This document shows positions 51,165-62,813 of a stretch of 64,000 bases of DNA, one piece after another (position 1 is the first letter of the stretch; every line of letters begins with the position of its first letter). The notes beneath the pieces are model-generated. The model was not told where the DNA came from. It saw only the letters and a program-made list of their open reading frames with translations, and made no database searches. The stretch covers positions 51,956,001 through 52,020,000 of the forward strand of contig NC_043003.1 of NCBI RefSeq assembly GCF_006345805.1, read 5' to 3'. The position numbers were made by a program, and so were the translations under genes. The stretch is from Octopus sinensis (taxonomy: Eukaryota).

Positions 51165-51360
51165 TTTCCCCCACCACCATTTGATAAACGGTGTCGATGT
51201 GTTTACATCTCCGTAACTTAGTGGTTCAGCAAAAGTGGCCAATAAAATAAATACTGCGCTTAAATAAAGAGTGAAGTCGATTCGCTTGACTATAAAATTT
51301 CTCGAAGGCAGTACCACAGTCAGGCCGCAGTCTGACACTGACACAAGTAGAAAATGAAAG
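51165..51360 (+). mobile_element. SINE family B 3' half
   Basis: GTTTACATCTCCGTAACTTAGTGGTTCAGCAAAAG...GACACAAGTAGAAAA. Confidence 0.75.
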
Positions 51361-51405
51361 ATATATGCCTCTATATCTATGTATGTATACACATTATATA
51401 TATAT

Positions 51406-51880
51406 ATATTCTATAATTATATACATAATTATAATCAGAGGTCAGCTAATTGCTTCGCCACGCACTGAATTAGAAAATAGACGTCAATGTCTTTTCCACT
51501 GCCATAAAGATCCCCGGGAGAGTAACAAACATTTTTACGTAGGCAAAAAGAAAAAATAATGAATCCACACGACTCAGATTAGCTGCATACGCGTTTCGAT
51601 ATTAAAGTAAAGTTATATTTACTTGCATGCTGCACTGAAGATGAGAAATAAGTAAGAAAATATAAGTTAATATATATACTTTAATCTCGAAACGCGTATG
51701 CAGCTAATCTAAGTCGTGTGGATTCATTATTTTTTCTTTTTGCTTACGTAAAAAAGTGTGTTACTATCTCGGAGATCGTTATGGTAGTAGAAAAGGCATG
51801 CGCATCTATTTTCTAATTCAGTGCGTGGCGAAGCAATTAGCTGACCCCAGATTATAATTATATATATAATTATAGAATAT
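51406..51880 (+). mobile_element. Fold-back element (204-bp arms 51406-51609 / 51677-51880)
   Basis: Arms reverse-complementary with moderate divergence; AT-rich flanks. Confidence 0.85.
51629..51704 (+). ncRNA. Type I hammerhead ribozyme
   Basis: GCTGCA CTGAAGA T GAGA..[long loop]..TCTC GAAAC GC GTA TGCAGC: 6-bp stem I, intact core, palindromic minimal stem III, GUA triplet (cut after 51698). Confidence 0.8.
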
Positions 51881-51976
51881 CTGTATAATTTTCCTAAAAA
51901 GGTTATTTTGACGTACTGACTACTTGTAAAATTGTAAATTATTAATTAATTAATTTTACCCTTTTATTATTATTGC

Positions 51977-51979
<3 letters not shown>

Positions 51980-52052
<73 letters not shown>

Positions 52053-52056
52053 TAGT

Positions 52057-52091
<35 letters not shown>

Positions 52092-52157
52092 CCAGATAGA
52101 TAGATAGATAGATAGATAGACAGATAGATAAATAGACAGACAGACAGACAGACAGAC

Positions 52158-52226
<69 letters not shown>

Positions 52227-52418
52227 CGCATGCATACTTTCAAACATATGTTCATATCGAGTGTAACCGGCCGAAACTGCAAAGACGATCTGGAGCTCGA
52301 CTGAGGATAGGAAGCTCTGAATGATCCGTCCTTGATTTTTCCTGTTCTTTTTTGTATCACCTAACTGTCCGAATATTTTGTTGTTGCCTGTTACGTTCAT
52401 GCTCCATTTTTTATTTTC

Positions 52419-52490
<72 letters not shown>

Positions 52491-52498
52491 TTATATAT

Positions 52499-52569
<71 letters not shown>

Positions 52570-52570
52570 A
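51980..52570. repeat. (TA)n, (GA)n, (GATA)n and (TA)n arrays around a dispersed-repeat fragment
   Basis: Direct reading. Confidence 0.9.
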
Positions 52571-52814
52571 TGTGTGTGTTTATGAAGTATATAAAATAAA
52601 CCTATACGTATTCGTGTATATATTAATGTACTCATGTTTGTTGTGAAACCCAATAGCAGTGAGTAAGACAGTGCAGTTTTACATGTATGAACGTGTGCGT
52701 ATGTGTGTGTGTTTATGTAGTGATGTGAAACAAAATGCCGGTCTGTAGTCAGTATTGTAAAATACGACATATATAATGTACATGCGTGCATGTGAGTTGT
52801 GTGTGTGTGTGTGC

Positions 52815-52882
<68 letters not shown>

Positions 52883-53751
52883 GTGTATTGTAAAACCTCA
52901 TACGCGAGAGTAGAAACTGCTTGTATAGTTCTATTTGTTTCTCAAATGATGTCTGATATTCTCATTGACATTCCGCTTTGGATCTGTCTGTCTGCGTGTA
53001 TGGTCATATATACATATCTATATGTGCGCTCGTGAGTATTCGCGCCCATCGTGTGTGTGTGTGTGTTTTGGTGTATTGCGAACAAAAGTATTTTCGTCTT
53101 TTCTTATCGAAGTCTATGGCATGTTTTTAGTTCTTTAGGTTGTTTTCTGGTTATCACAGCCAGGTTCATGTTGGAGGACAATCTTTCAGTGTTGAATGTT
53201 CTATGGCTTTTGCGTCATCTCTGCACATAGTAAGAGATCAAATACTACTGTTGTTGTTTTGTACATGTATGTAAGTATGTGTGTGAGAGCGCGCGCGTGT
53301 GTGTGTGTGTATGTATGTATGTATGAATGTATGTATGTATATATATAAAATACAAAATAGGACAACAAAACATACAGATAGACGATACAAAGAAAACAAG
53401 GTCGGGTCATTCGAAGTTTTCTTTCCTCAGTCAAGTACCAGATCATCTTTGCAATTTCGGTTATATACATACATATACATGCAAATATACATGCATACAT
53501 ACATATGCATATGCATATATTTATACACATGCATATATATATATATATATATATATACGTGTATGTATAATGTAGAAGACATATATTCGTACATATTTTG
53601 ATATATTCATACATATCCACATAGACACGAGCTTACAAACACTTTTATAAATATACATAATATTTGAGTACCTTCAATTACGAAGTGCTGCAGATGAATA
53701 AAGGTAAATATAATTTAAAGTTATACATATTTTTTTCATAAATATGGGAAT

Positions 53752-53827
53752 ATACTGCTGAAGATTGTAGTATGTAACAAATTTTAATTATTTAATCTTT
53801 TCACTAAACATGAAACTAGTTCAGTAT
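53752..53827 (+). ncRNA. Hammerhead-like motif
   Basis: ATACTG CTGAAGA ... GAAAC TA GTT CAGTAT: 6-bp stem I and core present; stem II irregular. Confidence 0.5.
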
Positions 53828-54086
53828 TAACCACTGTAATTTTAAAATAAACTGTATTCATCTCTCCCGCTTTTACAGTTATTTCGTAGTCAAGGCAAAT
53901 TGTTGACGTTTTATTTAAACATCCTTTATTCAACATGCATAGAAGCTAAGATTTTTAACTGCTCCCTTCCCTCCCTCTCTTTTTCTCTCTTTCTCTCTTT
54001 CTCTCTTTCCATCTTTTCCTCTCTCTCACACACACACATCTCTCTCTCTCTCTTCTCTCTCTCTCTGTGTAAATATATATATATAT

Positions 54087-55259
54087 TTTAATTGATTTGC
54101 TTTTCGCGGGAGGAAGTTTTCTTCGAAGTATACGTCTCGCTTTTATCCTTCGAAACGTTTAGTAGATGAAACCTTAGCGACTGAAGAAGGGATTTTCGTT
54201 GTGCTTATTGTCCTGTATCTCTCTTTTTTTTGCTTGTCTTGTTCCTTGGTTTGTGTCTATGTGTTTCGTCTCTCTATTGTTCGACGTCTTTTTGGTGTCC
54301 TGTACACATATATGCGTGTATATGTACATGTAGAGGTAGGTACGTACATATATGTTTATATATATGCATATGTTCTATTTTATTAACATATTATACGACT
54401 AAACGCACGCACCCTATTAAGTAAGATTGTTCTGTTTATCAAGTTAGCCTTGATATTAACTCTCACGCGACTCTGCATCTTCTTTCTTTCTCTCCCATTC
54501 CCTTTTTCGTCTTTTTTTTTTTCCCTCACTTAACTTGTCTCTTCCTCTCTCTCTTCTATTCTCTCATCTCTCTTCTCTCCCTTTCACCATTCTTCATGGT
54601 CTCCTCGCACCATTCCCCTTCTTCTCTCTCTTCCTCTTGCTCCCCTCCCCCTTCCCGTCGTCCATCTGCGACGATACTTCCGTCGTAACTGCTATCCTGT
54701 CTTTTCTCGCCCGCCTTCTAAGGCTACTGGTCGACACATTTTCTCTCTCTCGTCGTCCACGATAATCCAGCGTTTGCAATACTTTTTTCGTTTGGCGTTA
54801 ACAGCCCTTCTTATCTTGTTCTCCTTGTCCTGTCTCTCACTGTTATATTTTTATTTTTCCACTGTTTATATATATATTTTTTACTTTTATATGTTTGTAC
54901 TGTCGTTACCGTCTTGCCTTTTTTTTTTTTTTACCCCTCTGCGAAAAGATCTCAGATTTTAATTGATTTGCTTTTCGCGGAAGGAAGTTTTCTTCGAAGT
55001 ATACGTCTCGCTTTTATCCTTCGAAACGTTTAGTAGATGAAACCTTAGCGACTGAAGAAGGGGATTTTTCGTTGTGCTTATTGTCCTGTATCTCTCTTTT
55101 TTTTGCTTGTCTTGTTCCTTGGTTTGTGTCTATGTGTTTCGTCTCTCTATGTGTTCGACGTCTTTTTGGTTGTCCTGTACACATATATGCGTGTATATGT
55201 ACATGTAGAGGTAGGTACGTACATATATGTTTATATATATGCATATGTTTCTATTTTAT

Positions 55260-55265
<6 letters not shown>
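54087..55265 (+). mobile_element. Element with ~305-bp direct repeats (54087-54391, 54958-55265) and a non-coding middle
   Basis: Near-identical repeats offset by 871 bp; no ORF between; CTGAAGA and GAAAC motifs in each repeat. Confidence 0.75.
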
Positions 55266-55282
<17 letters not shown>

Positions 55283-55294
<12 letters not shown>

Positions 55295-55607
55295 GGCAAA
55301 ATGTCTGTGTGTGTGTATTCTTTATACAAATCGCACTTTCTATGGTCATTCAAAACCGTCCAAGGGTGGTCGTGCACATCTTTACATTTCCCCAGTCACC
55401 CCGCAAAGCCATTAAAAAGTCAATAGAAGTGACTTTTTTGTGAATTTTCTATCAAAATGCCCGAAATTTGATACGCCAATCGAATGCCAGCTAGCTGTAA
55501 GTGATTGGTCGGAGATTTGGACAGTACTCGTGTGTATGTGCGCACGCACGCAGCTGTATATGCATGCACTAGCACTATGACCCGGCAACACCGGGTCATA
55601 ATGCGAG
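55283..55607 (+). mobile_element. Short non-autonomous Helitron-like element
   Basis: TATATAAACGGCAAAATGTCTGTGTG start; terminal hairpin TATGACCCGG CAACA CCGGGTCATA then CGAG|T. Confidence 0.7.
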
Positions 55608-55978
55608 TATATGTGTGTGTGTTTGTATTGTGTGTGTGTATTATATATCAAGAGACTTAAAACGAGGGGCATGTTGGTTGAGATATTCTATGAAAATACA
55701 GATAATAAACCACTGCGCAAAATTATTTGTTGATTAAAATAATCTGCGTTTATATATTTTCTTCTCAGCAAATGCTGAACGGATGTATGTAAAACGGCAT
55801 TCAACGAAAGAGAGCGCCGAGTTACAAAAGTTTGAAAATCACTGCTCTATTGCGTTGAGGCGCTCTAACTGGAAAGCACTTTCACATACACTATGAAGGC
55901 TTTAGTTATGCATTTGATGTTTATTAGTAGAGAAAAGTGTACGTTGTAATGTGTTTCTCTGATGTGTTTATTAACTAG

Positions 55979-56086
55979 GCTTTGGTCAGTGTTGATGAAA
56001 CAAATGCATGGTGGAGATTAATAATGGTGTATGCGCTAACGTACTTGATGTGGTTGATGGACACGATAATTTCACTTCAACGTGAG
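55979..56086 (+). CDS. Candidate exon (108 nt, phase 0-0) ALVSVDETNAWWRLIMVYALTYLMWLMDTIISLQRE
   Basis: Acceptor TGTTTATTAACTAG, donor GAG|GTAAGG, single open frame; W/M-rich composition may reflect TG-rich chance sequence. Confidence 0.3.
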
Positions 56087-56347
56087 GTAAGGTAAATAGT
56101 GTTGAACAATGATTATGTCAAAGAAAGAAAGACAAAGGCGACCACTAAAAGTAAAAAGTAAATAAAACGAACTGAAGCTCCAGAGTCCCAAATAATTATG
56201 GTTACAAATGAATAATGTGGATATACTGATCTATAGCAAAGCATGTTGACAGCTACGGTTTAGACCTCTTCAGTGAAATATACCCAAACCGAGTAGGATA
56301 TTTGAACATTATTTCTAGCAAATTTAGCGTCTTCTCAGTGACTTCCT

Positions 56348-56748
56348 CTCTCTTTTACTCTTTTATTTGTTTCAGTCATTTAACTGTGGCTATACTGGAG
56401 CACTGCCTTTAATCGAGCAAATCGACCCCAAGACTTATTCTTTGTAAGTCTAGTACTTATTCTATCGGTGTCTTTTGCCGAACCGCTAAGATACGGGGAC
56501 GTAAACACACCAGCATCGGTTGTCAAGCGATGTTGGGAGGACAAACACAGACACACAAACACACACATATATATATACATATATACGACGGTCTTCTTTC
56601 AGTTTCCGTCTACCAAATCCACTCACAAAGCTTTGGTCGGTCCGAGGCTATAGTAGAAGACACTTGCCGAAGGTGCCACGCAGTTGGACTCAACCCGGAA
56701 CCATGTGGTTGGTAAGCAAGCTACTTACCACACAGCCATTCCTGCGCC
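56348..56748 (-). mobile_element. SINE family B, full length
   Basis: Reverse complement of head, core and tail. Confidence 0.9.
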
Positions 56749-56773
56749 TAATTATTTTGATAATAGACAAATA

Positions 56774-57113
56774 TGCGTGGCACCTTGGGCAAGTGTCTTC
56801 TACTATAATCTCGGGCCGACCAAAGCCTTGTGAGTGGATTTGGTAGACGGAAACTGAAAGAAGCCCGTTGTATATATGTATATATATGTGTGTGTTTCTG
56901 TGTCTGTGTTTGTCTCTCCAACATCGTTTGACAAGTGATGCTGGTGTGTTTACGTCCCCGTTACATAGCGGTTCAGCAAAAGAGACCGATAGAATATGTA
57001 CTAGGCTTACAAAGAATAGGTACTAGGCTTACAAAGTCCTGGTGTCGATTTGCTCAGCTAAAAGGCGGTGCTCCAGCATGGCTACAGCCAAATGACTGAA
57101 ACAAGTAAAAGAG
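56774..57113 (+). mobile_element. SINE family B, 5'-truncated
   Basis: Starts at TGCGTGGCACCTTGGGCAAG; ends GAAACAAGTAAAAGAG; local duplication of TACTAGGCTTACAAAG. Confidence 0.9.
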
Positions 57114-57384
57114 TATATTGTATATTGTTTATTTATTTCATATTTGTATGTTCACTTTCTGTCACATTTGGTCCCTTGTTCGTGGGAGTGATATTATCGT
57201 TAAAGGCGCGAAATTGCCGAGATACTTTGGCCGATAATTGATGAGGATTTGACGACCTTATGTGTCTGTCTTCCGTTTGTTTGTGCTTATATTATGCTTT
57301 TTAACTTATTATTTAACGGAAGGGTATACAGTGTCTCTTATTTTGTTTATGATAGTGAATATATATATATATATATATATAAAA

Positions 57385-57768
57385 TACTTGTTTCAGTCAA
57401 TAGACTGCTGCCATGCTGGGGCACCGCCTTCAAGAACCTTTTGGTCGATCGAATCGACCTCAATTTATTGTTTCCAAAGCCTGATACTTATGTACTTATT
57501 CTGTTGGGTACTTTGCTGAACCGCTAAGTTAGCGGTTACGTAACACACAAACGCGGGTACGTAAACACACCAACACCGGCTGTCAGGCGATAGGGGTGGA
57601 CAAACACACGCGCGTGCGCATATGGGGTGCCTCTTTCAGTTTCCCCACTACCAAATCCACACACAAAGCTTAGGTCGGTCCGAGGCTATAGCAGAAGACA
57701 CTTGCCCAAGGAAACATAGTGGGACTGAACCTAGAACCATGTTGATGAAAAGCAAGCTTCTTACTGCA
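57385..57768 (-). mobile_element. SINE family B
   Basis: CTTGTTTCAGTC tail, GAACCGCTAAGTT core, GGGACTGAACC head. Confidence 0.85.
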
Positions 57769-57769
57769 T

Positions 57770-57802
<33 letters not shown>

Positions 57803-58418
57803 CACACTTGTGGCATATATGTATGCTTACACACAATCATATTCCTAATAGGTGTGTGTGGTATGTATGTATGTATGTATGTATGTATGTATGTATGTAT
57901 GTATGTGTATGTATGTATGTATATATGTTTGTATGATTGTGCGTGTGTGCACATGTGTCTATGAACGTGAGTGTATGCGTCCATATGCCACGGCCGTCGT
58001 CAATACAACGTCAATACAGTTTGTAAAGCAATTATTTCTGAAAAACAAAGCAAGACAAAACAAAACAAAACAAAACAAAACAAAAAAAAAAGAAAACTCA
58101 CCAAAAATGCACAGCTTTATGTCAACATAGGAGGGATGGTTATAGGAGAGTCAGTGTGTTGGGGGTGAGGAGAAGTGGTCGGTGTAGGGGTGGGGGAGAA
58201 AGATTCAGAGGGGAGGGAAATAGGTGTCTGGGAGGGTTAGGAAAAGAGGTGGAGATTTGGGGAAGATGAGAAATATGCGTAAGCGCGCGCACGTACACAT
58301 ATATAGGTGTACACACACGCACTTATGTGTGTGTGCTTGTGTGTATGAGTGTATGTGTACATGCACCTTTGTCTATCTGCCTGTATGTAGTTATTTCTAC
58401 ACACACACACGCACGCAC

Positions 58419-58457
<39 letters not shown>

Positions 58458-58729
58458 TGGTTTGATATATGTATATGCATGTTTATGCTTATACGTGAAG
58501 TTGTATGTGTATATAAGCAGGTATGTACATGCGCATATACGTAGTATGTATGTATGCATGTATGTATGTATACTTGTACATATATTGTTGATATCTACAT
58601 TTGTATATTGTAAATATGTCTGCAAATATGCAATAATATATGTGTGTGTATATATATATATATATGTACATGTAGAGGTAGGTACGTACATATATGTTTA
58701 TATATATGCATATGTTCTATTTTATTAAC

Positions 58730-58803
<74 letters not shown>

Positions 58804-58899
58804 TATTTATATGTACATGTATATGTGTGTTACTATCTGTATATACGCATGTGAATGTATGCGCGCACACTTGTACATACACACATGTATGAGCGTGTC

Positions 58900-59320
58900 T
58901 GTTGGATATACAACTACTACAAATGCCACCACCAAAGCTACTATTAATACTAATACTACCCACCACCACTACCACCACCACCACCACCACCACCACCACC
59001 ACCACTACTACTACTATTACCACAACTTCGTTACCTGCAAGTGATTGTAATATGATGATAGTGATGATGATGACGAGGAGCAGGATGAGGAGGATGAGGG
59101 AGATGATGATGATGGTGGTTGTGGTGGTGTTTTTGATGAGGATGATGATGACAATGATAATGATGATAGTGGTTGTGGTATTGGTGGTGGTAATGATGAC
59201 GATGATGATATTGATGATGATAGAAGAAGAAGAAGAAGAAGAAGAAGAAGAAGAGAAGAAGAAGAAGAAGAAGAAGAAGAAGAAGAGCAATAGGAACATG
59301 GACAACAACAACGACAACAG
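58900..59320. repeat. (CAC)n, (GAT)n, (GAA)n and (CAA)n trinucleotide arrays
   Basis: Direct reading; explains ORFs 58595-59329 and 58902-59336. Confidence 0.9.
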
Positions 59321-59857
59321 CAATAACAAAACCTAACTAGAGCAAGATGAATAAAAAAAGTTGTAGCGATAGAACTGGAAGAGAAGGGATGTAGTAGAAA
59401 GAAGAGGGTGAGGGAATAAGTAGGAAGCAAAGCGCCCTCTGTTGGCAAGATGAAGAATGGCAGAATCAAATGACTGTTTATTTTTCTCAGCCAACTATTT
59501 ACTGTTAGTGAGATGTGAGAGGGACAGACAGACAGACAGACAACCGATTCAGACAGCGACCACCCACGAACGGACGGTTGGCTGGTTGAATGGATGGTGG
59601 ACTGGTTGGCTGGTAGGTGGTGTGGTTAGTGCGGTGGGTTAATGGGTTAGTATGGCAGGTGGGTGGGTTTGTATTTCTCGGTGTAGCTGGTTGTTTTGTG
59701 GGCTGGTTAGTTGGCTGGTTGTGACTGAGTGTGTGGTTCTTATTGATGTTGTTGTTGTTGTTGTCGTCGAACAGCACTTGGTCAGTTGTGGGCGAGTAAA
59801 TCTTTGGTACGCCAAACGACGAAGTGCTACCCAGAGATCTGATAATTTTTTCTTCAG

Positions 59858-59879
59858 TTTTACCATGGCCTCCGCTGAA
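59858..59879 (+). CDS. Candidate short exon carrying a start codon (ACC ATG GCC TCC GCT GAA; MASAE)
   Basis: Acceptor ATAATTTTTTCTTCAG, Kozak-like ACCATGG at 59862-59868, donor GTGAGG. Confidence 0.3.
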
Positions 59880-60370
59880 GTGAGGGCTGATCAGGCTATA
59901 CAATCTGCTTCTATGTTGTCGTATGCTTGCTAAAATAGCAACCAAACCTCCCTCATGAACTAATTCTGCTGACCAAAAATTATTCGCAACAGTTTTTTTG
60001 CATGTAAAAATATTGTGGCAAGATGATAAGCTAGATTTGTGTAGACTCTACAGTGCTGATATTATTTACTGGTCTGAAACACTTTCATACTTCGTCATGT
60101 GCGACAATACTAATATTAGTTTAAAACAACAATTAGTGTATCATACCTGAAGCAGATACATTGTTGAAATGTATCTGCTATATATATAGGGAGAATTCAC
60201 GAAGACAGGTGGTGTAGAAAACAAACAGATGTATTATAAAGCTTGGGAATTAAAAAAGTCTTTAACGTTTCGAGCCTACGCTCTTCCACAGAAAGGAATA
60301 CAGAAAGAAACAAGGAGAGAAAAAAAGGAAAGAAAAAATGTGTAGTGGCTAGCGAAATATCATGGCGAAT

Positions 60371-60401
<31 letters not shown>

Positions 60402-60522
60402 ATATAGGATAAAATTTTTCGAAAAAAATTTTATCAATGGCCAGCATATTAAAAAATACCGTTAAAGGTTAAATTTATAAATTTATAAATAAATAAATAT
60501 ATATATATATATATTATATATA

Positions 60523-60564
<42 letters not shown>

Positions 60565-60566
<2 letters not shown>

Positions 60567-60650
60567 GATGGGGTTCCACACAGCCTCTGTCTACCAAATT
60601 CACTCACAAGGTATTTGTCGGCCTAGGGCTAAAGTAGAAGACGCTTGCTC
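60565..60650 (-). mobile_element. SINE family B fragment
   Basis: TCTACCAAATTCACTCACAAGG...GTAGAAGACGCTTGC. Confidence 0.7.
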
Positions 60651-62618
60651 AGCAGACTTCGTTAAACTATAACTCTACTAACGAATTCTAATATGCAAAA
60701 GCATGTACATTGTTGTCTGTTGCCTAAAATCAAAGATCAGAATTTCCTTCCTCTATGACTGTAAATTAACTTGGTGAGATTATCCCCTAGTTTTTTGAAA
60801 TTATCGCCTCTTTCACTTCAGATTCACGGATATAATCTGGACGAATTAGGTTCTGATTATAAGTGTGTACGAAGTCGATTTTGCAAAATATAATTCTTCC
60901 ATGCAATGAAACTATAAACTCTTGCATATGTGGCGATAGTCAGACGTAACGATGTTATCAATATTTAAGGTGCGAGAGTGTCCACTTCGCTTCTTGTTTC
61001 CTAGACTTTCTAGGTATTACGCGAAGAGCTGATGACCAGTCGTTTGAAGAGGGTCGAATGCAGTGCTCTTGTATCTTATGCACAAACTCTCCCTTTGCAA
61101 CGGTTTCTCGTTCGGAGTCTCTTCTTTTTTTTTTCCTTTCTATGAATATGAATTATGACTTCCGTTCAATCTGATGTACAACATTATGAAATACAGGTGC
61201 GTTGCCTGATAGTGGTGACCGATGTGACTGCGCTGAAAAGCTTGGCATACTCAGGTGTGATTGTATAATGCATGTACATGAACCCTGCGAAGAGTTTTGT
61301 TGTCACTTCTAGAAGTTTATCAGCCAATTTCGCCGGAATGTTCAAATTGTATCAGACGTTGCTTATCATTTTGAGGATTTTCTGGTAATCACTATACAAA
61401 AAGTCTACACAGTAGTTGTTTCTTAATAGGACTATCATTGCTACATGGTGAGCAGTAGCAGAGAAGGTTTTAAAGTCTCAAATTATTTTATTTATTCGTA
61501 GCGGGATAACGAATATATATATTGACGCTTGCCATCGGATTTCGTAGTGCGTTTGATGAGTAAGTCTTTTAAGCTCTCATACTGGTCGCTTGATAATGTG
61601 AAATGGTGCAGTGAATTTGCACGAGGAAGATTTACAAAAATAATAAGTCATATTTTGTTCGTTAGTGGCTAATATTTTCGAATTTATTTGCTTATGCAAA
61701 ACAAAGGACAAGGTCCGTTGTCTAAAGAGGATAGGGTTTTATAGTTATAATAGCTATGATAGAAATTGTCAAGCATGTAACACAGTCGCTAATTATGGAG
61801 AATATGTGAGGGCGATAGACAGCCTGAACCTGGATAAGTAAGGTTGATGAGTAAACCGCAAAGAGTTCCACTGAAAGCAAACCAAGAAGAATTACCAACC
61901 TCAATACCGAACTAGTTATAACCAGTGCTGGTGGAAGAAATCATGTTCGAGCAGTGGCAGCTCGTATATAGGCACTGCAGAACTGCATCACCCCCTATTT
62001 TCACTCGATATTGTCGATAACACTCAATATGAGTCCTTTTTTCTTTAATTCTCTCTTTATACTTGTACATTATATAATCCTTAAGCTTAATGTCAGTAAC
62101 CATCCCCTAGTTTATGAAAAAAATACAAAAATCTTTATATAGAACTGTGCACATCACAGTTCCAGCGGTGTTTCGCTGTTGTGCCCAAGCTCACATGTCC
62201 GAGATAGGAAACCTCACACTAGGAGAGACAGCACTGTCGTTCACGCAGTACCGGTGAAAGGTTTGACTCCGGTGTGTTGTGCTTAAAAACGTGTTTATAT
62301 TCTTGAATGTGATAAAGTGTAGAATTAGATTATTATCCTGCTTCTAGCTTCAGTGTTGCTTCCAGGATTTAAAACATTTCCCCACTTTATTTTGTGATTT
62401 AGTGGGGAGGTTGAAATACAAGGGGGAATTCGCGGTGGTGTTCAGTGAACAAATTATACACATTACCCAGCAGTAGCTAAAACGCGAACCGATTAAGTTT
62501 ATGTATAAATATTCTTTTTATGTGTTTGTTTCCTTTTACAGAATATTAAAAGAATGGCTAAAAATTTTCTGAAGCAGCACCCCAACTAATTTTATCTACG
62601 AGCCGCCACTGAGTTCGA

Positions 62619-62813
62619 GTCACCAATATGGCGTTCGAAACTCGCTGAAAAGTGAGTAGAATGGATTTATTGACGGTTAGGAACGTCAGACAATTCACAG
62701 ACTACTGGTTGCTAATTAGTTAAGAAGTTGGCGATAAATAACATTTCACCCGTCAATCAAAGCGAGAGGCAACGAGATCACATCGCAGTCACGTCGGTAC
62801 AATATTTATAACA
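62619..62813 (-). mobile_element. Putative short LTR with adjacent PBS-like motif
   Basis: Minus strand begins TGTTATAAATATTGT, contains AATAAA (62666-62671), followed by TGGTGAC; no second LTR or internal ORF seen. Confidence 0.4.

Noticed and set aside
60700-62110. Complex sequence with short open frames (e.g. IHGYNLDELGSDYKC)
   Set aside because: Frequent stops in all frames and no reliable splice pairs or motifs; probably old TE debris but unassignable.
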